DNA of 64,000 bases, taken from contig DATLIX010000183.1 in the NCBI GenBank assembly GCA_035539215.1, positions 1,993 through 65,992 on the forward strand, in the 5' to 3' direction. The translations under genes were made by a program, and so were the position numbers. Positions 29,142 to 38,487 of the stretch are shown in pieces (the stretch's first letter is position 1; each line of letters begins with the position of its first letter). Source of the DNA: Dongiaceae bacterium (lineage in GTDB: Bacteria > Pseudomonadota > Alphaproteobacteria > Dongiales > Dongiaceae). Below the pieces are notes generated by a model, which did not search any database, was not told the origin of the DNA, and worked only from the letters and a program-made list of their open reading frames with translations.

Positions 29142-29773
29142 GCATGACCGAGGACGGCATCATCGCCGTTATCCTGGCGGCGGGTCTTTCCAGCCGCATG
29201 GCGCCGCAGAACAAGCTGCTACTTGATTTCGGCGGCGAGCCGCTGATTCGCCGGCTGGCGCGCGAGGTGCTGGCCAGCAAGGTGCGGCAGACCTACGTGG
29301 TGGTCGGCCATGACCGCTGGAACGTCCGCAAGGCGATCGCCGATATTGCCGTGACGCTGGTCGAGAACCCGGATTATACCGAAAGCCAGATGACCTCGGT
29401 CCGCGCCGGCGTGCTGGCCGCACCCGAGGCCAAGGGCTATCTCGTCATCCCCGGCGACATGCCCTTGCTGACGGCAGCCGATTTCGACCGCCTGATCGCG
29501 CGTTTCGAGGAATTCGGCGGCGAAAAGGCCATCGTTCCCTTCGACGAGAGCGAGCGCGGCAATCCCATCGTCATTCCGGGCTGGAGCCGGACGGAGATGT
29601 ATCGGCGCGGCATCAATTTCGGTTGCCGCAACCTGCTCATCAACTATCCGGAACTGGTGTCGCCGCTGAAAACGGCGGAACCGCAATTCTTCCAGGACTG
29701 CGATACGCCGGAGGCCTATCGCGATCTCCTGGCCCAGTTCTACGAGCGGCATCCCATGGCCAAGCCGGCCTGA
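29138..29773 (+). CDS. mocA: Molybdenum cofactor cytidylyltransferase-like nucleotidyltransferase
   Basis: ILAAGLSSRM..NKLL, NPDY, GDMP, GNP, DCDTPEAY. CODH uses the MCD cofactor. Confidence 0.8.
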   Translation: MSMTEDGIIAVILAAGLSSRMAPQNKLLLDFGGEPLIRRLAREVLASKVRQTYVVVGHDRWNVRKAIADIAVTLVENPDYTESQMTSVRAGVLAAPEAKGYLVIPGDMPLLTAADFDRLIARFEEFGGEKAIVPFDESERGNPIVIPGWSRTEMYRRGINFGCRNLLINYPELVSPLKTAEPQFFQDCDTPEAYRDLLAQFYERHPMAKPA

Positions 29774-29818
29774 CACGAGGCCTTCGCCCCGTGTCGCCTC
29801 CGGATCGACCGCCTTCCC

Positions 29819-30886
29819 TCAGGCAGCCCTGCCGATCGCCGCGCAGATCGCCGCACCCATTTTCGCCGTCGAACCCTGGCCGCCGAGATCCGGCGTCAAA
29901 TCGGTCTTGGCGGCGATGACCTCGTCAACGGCGGCGGCGATCAGCTCCGCCGCCTTCTGCGCCTTCGGTTCTCCCTTCGCGCGACCGAGCCAGGCCAGCA
30001 GCATCTGTCCCGACATGATCATGGCATAGGGATTGGCAATGCCGCGCCCGGCGATGTCGGGCGCCGAGCCGTGCGTCGCCTGGGCCATGGCCCAGCGCGG
30101 TCCGACGCAGAGCCCCGGCGCCAGGCCCAGCCCGCCAACGAGGCCGGCCGCCTCGTCTGACAGGATATCGCCGAACATATTGGTGGTGACGACGACATCA
30201 TAGTCCTGCGGCCGCATGACGAGGCGCATGGCGAAGGTATCCACCATCGACTCCTGATAGGCGACATCGGGAAATTCCGCCGCCACCTTGCGGCATTCCT
30301 CAGCAAACATGCCGCAGCCGAGCTTGAAGACGGTGTCCTTGTGGACGGCCGTCAGCTTCTTGCGCCGGCTGCGCGCCAGTTCGAAGGCGGCGCGCGCCAC
30401 CTTGGAAGAACCCTGGCGGGTGATGACCCGCACCGAGATGGTCATGTCGTGGCTCGGCCGGAATTCGCCGGAGCCGGCGACCACGTTGCGGTCCGGCTGG
30501 AACCCCTCGTTATTCTCCCGCACGATCACCAGATCGACATTCTGATGCACGCTGGGCAAGGTCGGATAGGAACGCGCCGGCCGGATATTGGCGTAGAGAT
30601 CGAAATGCTTGCGCAGGATTGGGTGCGGATTGATCGCCCGCGGATCCTTCGGATAGGCCTGGTGGCCGATCGGCCCCAGCACCCAGCCGTCCAGCGCCTC
30701 GAGCCGCGGCAGCGTATCGTCCGGCATCGTCGTGCCGAGCTCATCGAAGGCCTTGCGACCGATCGGCAGCTCGTGCCAGTCGATCGCGAGCCCCGTCAGG
30801 CCCGCGGCTGCCTTCATCACGCGGATGGTCTCCGGGACGATCTCGTGGCCGATATCGTCACCGTTCAGAATGCCAATCGACAGCAT
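29819..30886 (-). CDS. Isocitrate/isopropylmalate (beta-decarboxylating) dehydrogenase family protein
   Basis: GDDIGHEI, LRKHFDLYANIRP, RENNEG, NMFGDILSD, HGSAPDIAG..IANP. Start trimmed to 30886. Confidence 0.88.
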   Translation of the reverse strand: MLSIGILNGDDIGHEIVPETIRVMKAAAGLTGLAIDWHELPIGRKAFDELGTTMPDDTLPRLEALDGWVLGPIGHQAYPKDPRAINPHPILRKHFDLYANIRPARSYPTLPSVHQNVDLVIVRENNEGFQPDRNVVAGSGEFRPSHDMTISVRVITRQGSSKVARAAFELARSRRKKLTAVHKDTVFKLGCGMFAEECRKVAAEFPDVAYQESMVDTFAMRLVMRPQDYDVVVTTNMFGDILSDEAAGLVGGLGLAPGLCVGPRWAMAQATHGSAPDIAGRGIANPYAMIMSGQMLLAWLGRAKGEPKAQKAAELIAAAVDEVIAAKTDLTPDLGGQGSTAKMGAAICAAIGRAA

Positions 30887-30890
30887 CGTG

Positions 30891-32252
30891 TCACTCCGCC
30901 GATTGCAGGCGGCGCCCGGCCACGGCGGCGCGGGCGATCTCGCCGGCATCCGTGAGATCGCTGATGCTCCAGGCCAGCTGCAGCAAGCGGTCGGTGGCCG
31001 GCCGGCCGATCACCGTCTCGGTCAGGCCCCGGAACTTCGCTTCCAGCCCGGCATTGCTGAGTGGGTGCTCAAGGCTGCCCACCGCATGATCGACATGCTT
31101 TTCCAGCTTGCTTCCGTTGGTGAGGGTTACGCTGACATAGGCCTCGTCCTCGCGAATGCCCTTTTCTGCCGTCGCCGTGACGCGGTCGCGCAAGGCGATC
31201 ACGCGCGGATCCTGGACGACTGCATCGGCATATTCCGTCTCGCCCCCTGCCCCATAGATGATGGCGACCGCCGCCGAGTGATAGACGCTGAACTTGCCCT
31301 CGAGGCCGGTCTTCGGCGTCTTCTTGCCGGTCAGTTCCAGCACCAGCGGATGCACGCGCAGGCTGACCGCGGCGATGTCTTCGGGCTTCAGGCCATGCTC
31401 GTCGCGCAGCTGTGCGCAGCCATCGATGGTGGGATGGATGACGATGCCGCAGGCAAAAGGCTTGTAGGTATTGAGGGCGATTTCGAAGCTCTTGCCGAGA
31501 CCCTCGGTGATTTCCGAAAAATCGCGCTTGGTCGACATGACATGGGCGAAGCCGCGGGGCGCTTCCAGCACGCGGTCGGAGCTGGTGAAATCCTGCTTCG
31601 CCAGCATCGCGGCCGTGAGGCCGTTCTGCGCGGCGCGACCCGGATGGAAGCTCTTGCACATGGTGCCGAACATCTCGCGGAAGCCGGAAGACTGCGTGCC
31701 GGCAATGCCGAGCGCCCAAACCATCTGCTGCTCATTGAGGCCGAGCAATTTGCCGGCTGCGGCGGCGGCACCGAAGACACCGGCTGTGCCGGTGATGTGC
31801 CAGCCGATATCGTAATGCTCCGGATAGACGGCATTGCCGATGCGGCATTCGACTTCGACGCCGAGGATGAAGGCATGCAGCAGCTCGGCACCGGTGACCG
31901 GCTGGTGCTCGGCGAGCGCCAGAATGGCCGAGGCGACCGGGCCCGCCGGGTGGATGATGGTCTTCAAATGGGTATCGTCGAAATCGAAGACATGGCTGGA
32001 AATGCCGTTGATCAGGGCCGCATGCAGGATATCCAGGCGGTCCTTGCGTCCGAGCACGCTGGCCTGGGCTGCGCCGGCGAAGGGCCGCAGGGCGGCAAGC
32101 GCGCGATCGACCGTCGGATGGATCGAGCCGCCGACGGCACAGCCGAGCCAGTTGAGGAATGAGCGCACGGCCTCCTGCTGGACGGCAGGGGGAATGTCCG
32201 CCAGGCGCGATTGAACCACATAGCGCGCCAGGATACGCGTAACTTCAGTCAT
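30891..32252 (-). CDS. MmgE/PrpD family protein
   Basis: NGISSHVFDFDDTH...HP, GWHIT, KSFHPG, YKPFACG, GKFS. Confidence 0.9.
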   Translation of the reverse strand: MTEVTRILARYVVQSRLADIPPAVQQEAVRSFLNWLGCAVGGSIHPTVDRALAALRPFAGAAQASVLGRKDRLDILHAALINGISSHVFDFDDTHLKTIIHPAGPVASAILALAEHQPVTGAELLHAFILGVEVECRIGNAVYPEHYDIGWHITGTAGVFGAAAAAGKLLGLNEQQMVWALGIAGTQSSGFREMFGTMCKSFHPGRAAQNGLTAAMLAKQDFTSSDRVLEAPRGFAHVMSTKRDFSEITEGLGKSFEIALNTYKPFACGIVIHPTIDGCAQLRDEHGLKPEDIAAVSLRVHPLVLELTGKKTPKTGLEGKFSVYHSAAVAIIYGAGGETEYADAVVQDPRVIALRDRVTATAEKGIREDEAYVSVTLTNGSKLEKHVDHAVGSLEHPLSNAGLEAKFRGLTETVIGRPATDRLLQLAWSISDLTDAGEIARAAVAGRRLQSAE

Positions 32253-32297
32253 GAAATTTTCCTTCTCAGCAAGGCAATAAGGGAGGGCGATGGCGGC

Positions 32298-33056
32298 TCA
32301 TGGCATGAACACGCCGCCATTTGCGTGAATTGTCTGGCCAGTGATGTAGCGCGCCTTCGGCCCGGCCAGGAAGGCCACCAGATCAGCGATTTCCTCCGGC
32401 CGGCCGCGACGGCCGATCAGGGGCTGATGCTGGGCATGGTGATTGGGCTTCGCCGCGGCGCTGCCGCCGCGCACCGTGTCGATCATGCCCGGCACCACGC
32501 AGTTGACGGTGATGTGCGATGGGGCCAGGTCATGGGCGAGCGCCCGCGTCAGGCCGACCAGTCCCGCCTTGGCGGCAACGACATGGGCGCGGTGGGCGGC
32601 ACCGGTATGGGCCGACATGCCGCCGATATTGATGATCGAGGCGGCATCCGATTCGGCGAGATGCGGCAGCGCCGCCTGTGACATCAGGAAGGCCCCGTCG
32701 AGGATGATGGAGACGACCTCGCGCCATTCGGCAAAAGTCATATCGGCGAAAGCCGTCTCGCGGCGGATGGCGGCATTGTTGACGATGCAATCGAGGCGAC
32801 CGAAGGCGCCGATCGCCGCCTGAACCAGGCTTGCCGGACCCGCCGGATCGGTCACATCCGCGAGCTGCGCCACGGCACGGCCGCCGGCTGCCTTGATCCC
32901 ATCCGCCACCGCCTGCGCCTCGGCCTGGGAACGATTGGCATTGACGACGACGGCAGCCCCTTCCGCCGCCAGAGCGAGCGCAATGGAACGGCCGATATTG
33001 CGCGCGCTGCCGGTGACGATGCAGACCCGCCCGGCCAGTTCGCCGCCTTCGCTCAT
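32298..33056 (-). CDS. Short-chain dehydrogenase/reductase with atypical active site
   Basis: TGSARNIG, NNAA, NCVVPGMIDT, YITGQTIHANGG. The YxxxK position reads VVAAK. Confidence 0.88.
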   Translation of the reverse strand: MSEGGELAGRVCIVTGSARNIGRSIALALAAEGAAVVVNANRSQAEAQAVADGIKAAGGRAVAQLADVTDPAGPASLVQAAIGAFGRLDCIVNNAAIRRETAFADMTFAEWREVVSIILDGAFLMSQAALPHLAESDAASIINIGGMSAHTGAAHRAHVVAAKAGLVGLTRALAHDLAPSHITVNCVVPGMIDTVRGGSAAAKPNHHAQHQPLIGRRGRPEEIADLVAFLAGPKARYITGQTIHANGGVFMP

Positions 33057-34432
33057 TGACGGTACTCCCTGAGGGCCGCCAGGTCGGGCGCGCCGAAGAG
33101 CGTGCGCGACAGGTCGAGGAAACGGGATGCCGTCGCCCTGCTCCACCCACCATAGACGGCATTGTCGAGAAACTTCGTTTCCAGCTCCGCGATCGGCAGC
33201 GGCTCGTGTGCGCCACCACGCATATGCGGCTGGCGGAACTCCTTCACCGAACCATCGGCAAGGGTGGCGCGGAGATGGCCGGTGAAATTGCGCGGATACT
33301 CGTCATCCGGATTGATCACATAGCGGATCTTGCGCGCCAGCGCCGTGACGGCCGGATCGGCCAGGCGCTGCTCTGTGAATTGCGCGAGGCCCGCCTTGCC
33401 GTCGAGAAATCCCAATGCCACGCAGACCGGTGTCGAGAACTTCGCCGCATAGGGTGTCTGCGGCGCGTGCTTGACCGCCAGCGGCTCCCACAGGCGATGC
33501 ACGGTTCCTTCACCGACCTCGCAGAGGATATCGGTGATCGCATCTGCTTTCACGCCGCTTTCGGCCAGCCGGATCGCGCAGTCGATGAAGGGCTGTGTCA
33601 TGGTTCCGCAGGCATAGGGCTTGAAGGCGATCTGGTCGATCAGCCATTGCGCGCCGAGATTCTCCATCACCGGCGCGAAATCCGGCTTGCGCGACGGGGC
33701 GAAGGCCTTGAAGAAGCCGTGGCTGCCTTCGAAGACGGTGCGCGGACCGAGGAAGCCGCCGCGCGCCATCAGCGCGGCGCGGATGCCGGATTGCGCCGCG
33801 TTACCGGCATGCATACGCTTGGTCCAGGTACCTTCCGCCAGATATTCGATGATGCCGGCCGCCATGCTGCCGGCGATGCCGAGGGCGGAGACGACCTGTG
33901 CCGGTTCGAGGCCAAGTGCCACGGCGACGCCGCCGGCCGCCGCGACGGTACCCAGCACCGCCGTGGGATGGAAGCCCGCCGTATGGATCGCCTTTGGCGC
34001 CGCCAGCGCCAGGCGGCACATCAGCTCGGCGCCCACGGCGATGCCAAGCAACAGGCGGTCACCACCGAGGCCCTCCCGTTCGCAGGCCGCCAGCACCGCC
34101 GGCACGATGACGGCGCCGGAATGCACCGGGCCGCCTTCAAACGTGTCGTCATAGTCTTCGCCATGGGCGGCGGTACCGTTCACCAAAGCGGCGCCGAAAG
34201 CGTCATAGCTGCCTTTATGGCCGAAGGCGGTCGCCGCCTGGCCGGCATCCACGGCGGAAAGCACGGCAGCGATATAGTCCTCGCCCCTGGCGGCAATCGC
34301 CAGCCCGGTCACATCCAGCAGCAGCTTGCGCGCCATTTCCACCGTTGCTGGCGGCAGGTCGGCCGGCTTCAGCACCGTGGCGCGGCCGGCAATCTGCTCG
34401 GCGATCGTGCGTTCATTTGTCATCGTATTCAT
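33053..34432 (-). CDS. MmgE/PrpD family protein
   Basis: NGTAAHGEDYDDT...HS, GFHPT, KRMHAG, FKPYACG, AKFS. Confidence 0.9.
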   Translation of the reverse strand: MNTMTNERTIAEQIAGRATVLKPADLPPATVEMARKLLLDVTGLAIAARGEDYIAAVLSAVDAGQAATAFGHKGSYDAFGAALVNGTAAHGEDYDDTFEGGPVHSGAVIVPAVLAACEREGLGGDRLLLGIAVGAELMCRLALAAPKAIHTAGFHPTAVLGTVAAAGGVAVALGLEPAQVVSALGIAGSMAAGIIEYLAEGTWTKRMHAGNAAQSGIRAALMARGGFLGPRTVFEGSHGFFKAFAPSRKPDFAPVMENLGAQWLIDQIAFKPYACGTMTQPFIDCAIRLAESGVKADAITDILCEVGEGTVHRLWEPLAVKHAPQTPYAAKFSTPVCVALGFLDGKAGLAQFTEQRLADPAVTALARKIRYVINPDDEYPRNFTGHLRATLADGSVKEFRQPHMRGGAHEPLPIAELETKFLDNAVYGGWSRATASRFLDLSRTLFGAPDLAALREYRQ

Positions 34433-35931
34433 TGAATCACCTTGGATGCGGGCCGATGCGGCCGAAAGGATGTGACATGGCGGAGCAGCGATCCGATGAT
34501 GAACAGCGCCGCAACCGCCAGCAGGCCGACGGCAATCGGATCTTGCAGGAAGGTCATGTAATCATCTCCGGAGAGAACCAGTGCGCGCCGGAAATTGGAT
34601 TCGACCAGGAAGCCAAGAACGACGCCGAGCACCATCGGCAGGAAGGGAAAGCGAAAATACTTCATGGCGTAGCCGAGCGCGCCAAAGGCAAGTGCCACCC
34701 CGACCTGGTACAGACTGGTCTCAATGGCATAGACGCCTGACATGATGAGCGCGAAGATGAAGGCCATCAGGTAGGATTTCGGCCGGTTCACCAGCCAGAT
34801 ACAGGGCGGCATGAAGACATAGCCGGCCACCAGCAAGGCGACGATGCTGACCGCCAGACCGAGATAGAGATCGCGCACGATATCGGCATGCTGGACGAAC
34901 AGCATCGGCCCCGGAATCAGGTTCTGGATGAGAAAACCGCCCAGCAGCACAGCAGTCGAATTGGTGCCGGGAATGCCGAGGCTGAGCATGGGAATGAGAG
35001 CCGTCTTGGAGACGGTCGTGTTGGCGGTCTCCGGTGCGGCGATGCCTTCCGGCGAGCCGCGGCCGAACTCCTCCTTATGCCGCGACCAGCGCCTTGCTTC
35101 GTTATAGGAGAGGAAGGCGGCGACGGTACCGCCGGCACCCGGCGTGACGCCTTCGATCATGCCGACGACGGCGCCGATCGCCTGGGCCGGCCAGATCCGC
35201 TTCCAGGTGGCAAGGCTGGGAAACTTGATTCGTGCGGTGCCGGCCTCGGCCTTTTCCCAGGGCGCTTCCGAGGCGCTGGTCATCAATTCGCTGACCGCAT
35301 AGAGACCGACAAGCACCAGGATTGGCGGAATGCCCGAGAGCAGATCCGGGCTGCCGAACGTAAAGCGATTGAGGCCGGTAACGGGATCGGTGCCGATCGC
35401 GGCGATCATCAAGCCAAGGACGCCGGCAATGAGGCCCTTCACCAGGCTTTCGCCGGCCAGCGAGCCGATCACGCTGAGGCCGAGGATGCCAAGCGCAAAA
35501 TAGGATGTCGGATGGAAGGAAAGCGCGACACGCGACAAGGGTTCGGTCAACAGGACCAGCATCAGGAAGCCGAAAATGCCGCCGATGATGCCGGAATAGA
35601 GCGAGATGCCGAGCGCTTCGCCGGCCTTTCCCTGCTGCTTCATTGCATAGCCGTCGAGCACCGTCGCCGCCGCCGAATTGGTGCCGGGTGTGCGGATTAG
35701 AATGGCCGGGATCGAGCCGCCATATTCGGCACCGAAATAGGTCGAAGCCAGGAGCACGACCGCGCTGGCCGGATGCATGCCATAGGTGAACGGCAGCAGC
35801 AGCGCCATGGTGATCGACGGCGAGATGCCCGGCAGGGCGCCGCCGATGATGCCCCACGCCACGCCGGCAAAGGCGGCCGGGACGATCGGCGTGGTGACAA
35901 GAGAAGAGAGAGAGGCAAGAAGGTCGTACAT
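34429..35931 (-). CDS. tctA: Tripartite tricarboxylate transporter permease TctA
   Basis: GALPGIS, YGGSIPAILIRTPG, FGRGSPEGIAAPE, LGIPG. Confidence 0.93.
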   Translation of the reverse strand: MYDLLASLSSLVTTPIVPAAFAGVAWGIIGGALPGISPSITMALLLPFTYGMHPASAVVLLASTYFGAEYGGSIPAILIRTPGTNSAAATVLDGYAMKQQGKAGEALGISLYSGIIGGIFGFLMLVLLTEPLSRVALSFHPTSYFALGILGLSVIGSLAGESLVKGLIAGVLGLMIAAIGTDPVTGLNRFTFGSPDLLSGIPPILVLVGLYAVSELMTSASEAPWEKAEAGTARIKFPSLATWKRIWPAQAIGAVVGMIEGVTPGAGGTVAAFLSYNEARRWSRHKEEFGRGSPEGIAAPETANTTVSKTALIPMLSLGIPGTNSTAVLLGGFLIQNLIPGPMLFVQHADIVRDLYLGLAVSIVALLVAGYVFMPPCIWLVNRPKSYLMAFIFALIMSGVYAIETSLYQVGVALAFGALGYAMKYFRFPFLPMVLGVVLGFLVESNFRRALVLSGDDYMTFLQDPIAVGLLAVAALFIIGSLLRHVTSFRPHRPASKVIQ

Positions 35932-35944
35932 GGGAGCCTTCCGG

Positions 35945-36433
35945 TCAGATCAGCGACGGCCAGAAGCCCGCGGGCTCGGCGATTTCCAGCAGCTCGACAA
36001 AGATGAGCCAGAAGACCACGGCGCCGATGATGGCGACCGGCCAGAGCTTGTGCCGGTAGTGGCGCTCCTGGTACCAGACCGTGGTCACGATCAACAACGC
36101 CAGGCTGACGACATAGCCGAGCCAGGGCAGCAACAGCACATAGACGACGCCGATCGCCAGCATGCCGACCGCGCGCAAGGCCGCCGTCTTGTCATGCTGG
36201 TTGGTCGCGGTCGCCCTCGCCAGATCGACGGTCGCGGCAGCCCGGCGCCTGGCATAGAGCGCCTGTACGATCAGCAGCAGCGACAGGATGCCAAGGGCGA
36301 TGCCGTAGCTTTTCGGCAAGCCCTGGGCACCGACCGAATCCGCCAGCACGCTGACCGGGATAGCCGAGGCCATAGTGTAGTAGACGATGGAGAAGACGAA
36401 GAGGATACAACCGGAAACGAGATCGCGTGTCAT
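35945..36433 (-). CDS. tctB: Tripartite tricarboxylate transporter TctB
   Basis: Small protein with about 4 TM segments between tctC and tctA; LGY motif. Start trimmed to 36433. Confidence 0.85.
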   Translation of the reverse strand: MTRDLVSGCILFVFSIVYYTMASAIPVSVLADSVGAQGLPKSYGIALGILSLLLIVQALYARRRAAATVDLARATATNQHDKTAALRAVGMLAIGVVYVLLLPWLGYVVSLALLIVTTVWYQERHYRHKLWPVAIIGAVVFWLIFVELLEIAEPAGFWPSLI

Positions 36434-36500
36434 GATCGGACCGATTTTCTGAGAAGAGGGCGCAGGCACGGGGAAGCCCCATGCCCGCGCGGGTGCCGGC

Positions 36501-37469
36501 TTACTTGATCACCCCTGATTGCTTCAGGAAGGCCTCGGTATCGCCGCCGAACTTGTCGATGAAGGCGACATAGTCGTCATGCTTCATGAAGTTCGGCTGC
36601 AGCCCGTTCTCGATATAGATCTGCTTGTACTTGGGATCATCGAGCAATTTGGGGATCGCGGCCTCCCAGGCGGCGATGACCTCCGGCGGGGTGTTCTTCG
36701 GACCGGCGAGGCCGCGGAACTTCACCACCGAGACGTCAATACCCTGCTCCTTCGCCGTCTTGACATCGGGGAAGAGCGTCAGATGGCTGTCGCCGACGAC
36801 GGCGAGGATCTTGAGCTTCTTGGCTTCCAGCTGCGGGCGGATCTCGCCGATTTCGCCGACGCCGATATCGAGCGTGTGGTTGAGCACGTTGATCTGCATG
36901 TCGCCGCCGCCTTCGAAGGTAACGACCGAGGCATTGACACCCGTCTTCTGCTTGATCTGCTCCAGCACCTGGCGTTCGAGCGAAGCCGGATTGGCGGCGC
37001 CCCATTTGCCGCGGCTGGCCTTGGCGGCGGCGATCACGTCCGGCAGCGAATTGAAGCTGGAATCGGCGGCCGTGTAGATCACTTCCGGATCGTAGAACAG
37101 ATTCACCAGCGGCATCAGGTCGTGATAGGTCGCCTGGGGCGTGCTGAGCAGCGAGGTATACACATAGGTCGGCGTCGTCGCGTAGAAGGTGCCGCCATCC
37201 GGTTTGGCCGAGGCGACGAAGGACATGGCCTTGGCACCGCTGCCGCCCGTCACGTTCTCCACGACGAGGGTCGCGCCGAGATAAGGCTGCAGGTAGGGCA
37301 GCAGTTCGCGCAGATAAACGTCGCTGCCGCCGCCAGGGCTTGAATGGGTGACCAGCTTGATGACCGACGCCGGATAGGCTGTCGCCGCTTCGCTATCGAA
37401 GACAGGCGCCGTCACGGAAATTACGGCCGCGGCAAAGCCGGCAGCCAGATGGGTGAGCCTCCACTTCAT
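36501..37469 (-). CDS. tctC: TTT substrate-binding protein (TctC/Bug family)
   Basis: Signal peptide, SPGGGSD, VENVTGGSG, FEGGG, PDVKTAKEQG, PKNTP. Confidence 0.92.
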   Translation of the reverse strand: MKWRLTHLAAGFAAAVISVTAPVFDSEAATAYPASVIKLVTHSSPGGGSDVYLRELLPYLQPYLGATLVVENVTGGSGAKAMSFVASAKPDGGTFYATTPTYVYTSLLSTPQATYHDLMPLVNLFYDPEVIYTAADSSFNSLPDVIAAAKASRGKWGAANPASLERQVLEQIKQKTGVNASVVTFEGGGDMQINVLNHTLDIGVGEIGEIRPQLEAKKLKILAVVGDSHLTLFPDVKTAKEQGIDVSVVKFRGLAGPKNTPPEVIAAWEAAIPKLLDDPKYKQIYIENGLQPNFMKHDDYVAFIDKFGGDTEAFLKQSGVIK

Positions 37470-37674
37470 GGTCGTTTCCTTTGGTTTTGTTTTTTCTGAT
37501 GCAACAGCGTTCCGATCTCTGCCGGTTTATGCTGCTGCCACTCTCGCGTCATCCCGGCATGGCGCCGGCCGACCGTAGCGCTTTCGCGCGAGAGCCGACC
37601 TTCGCCGTGCCGTTCGTGCTCAATCCAAGGGATTCGCCGGCCGATGACATCGCCGCCACCGGTTGCGCCGTCCC

Positions 37675-38340
37675 TCAACTGGCTTCCGGTACCGCCAGCA
37701 TTCTGCTCTTGCCGTTCTGAACATGTTCAAAAGCCGCCTCGAAAGCGACGACCGGAGCGCGCGAACGGAGCGCGTCCACGATCTTGCGATGTTCCGCGTT
37801 GGAAACCGTCAAGCCGCCGCCCTGCAGCAGGCCCTGGGCGCGGAAGAGATGCAGTTCCTTGATCAGCCCCAGATACTCCTCGATCAGCCGCTGATTGCCG
37901 GCGAATTCGAGGATCGACTGATGGAATTTCAGGTTGAGCGGATAATAGCTGTCGAGCGAACGCGTCGCGGCGGCCGCTTCCATCTGGTCCAGCAGATCAT
38001 CCAGGGTCGCCAATTGCTGCGGCGTCATGCGCTCCGCCAGCAATCGCGCCGCCAAGCCGAACAAGGTGGCGCGCACGTCGTAGAGATCCTCCGCCTGGCG
38101 CCGGCTGACCTGCCGCACCAGCACGCCGCGATTGGGCACCAGTTCCAGCAGGCCCATCTTGGTCAGCGCCCGGCAGGCCTCGCGCACCGGACCGCGGCTG
38201 ACATTGAACCGCTCCGCCAGGGCCTTTTCGTTGAGCCGCTGGCCACCCCGAAAGGAACCGGACAGCACCAGCCGTTCGATCTCATGCTGCAGCACGCTGG
38301 TCAGCGACTGCGACTTCAGGATTTCCAGATCATTGCTCAT
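37675..38340 (-). CDS. GntR-family (FCD) transcriptional regulator
   Basis: wHTH RLNEKALAERFNVSRGPVREA and FCD NLKFH...GNQRL...EH. Confidence 0.92.
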   Translation of the reverse strand: MSNDLEILKSQSLTSVLQHEIERLVLSGSFRGGQRLNEKALAERFNVSRGPVREACRALTKMGLLELVPNRGVLVRQVSRRQAEDLYDVRATLFGLAARLLAERMTPQQLATLDDLLDQMEAAAATRSLDSYYPLNLKFHQSILEFAGNQRLIEEYLGLIKELHLFRAQGLLQGGGLTVSNAEHRKIVDALRSRAPVVAFEAAFEHVQNGKSRMLAVPEAS

Positions 38341-38366
38341 GGCTCAAATGTCATCTGAAAACTGCA

Positions 38367-38380
38367 AAGTGTCAACACTT
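38367..38380. promoter_or_regulatory. GntR operator palindrome AAGTGT-CA-ACACTT overlapping a TTGACA -35
   Basis: Perfect 6-bp arms 27 bp upstream of the GntR start. The minus strand reads TGTTGACA. Confidence 0.65.
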
Positions 38381-38487
38381 CATGCAAAAAACTGTGGATG
38401 ACCACGCACTGTGTTGCGTGAGATCGAAAAATATATATCTACATCAAACGATTAGGCCGTAGTTTCGCGAATTGCCGCTTTACGCGC

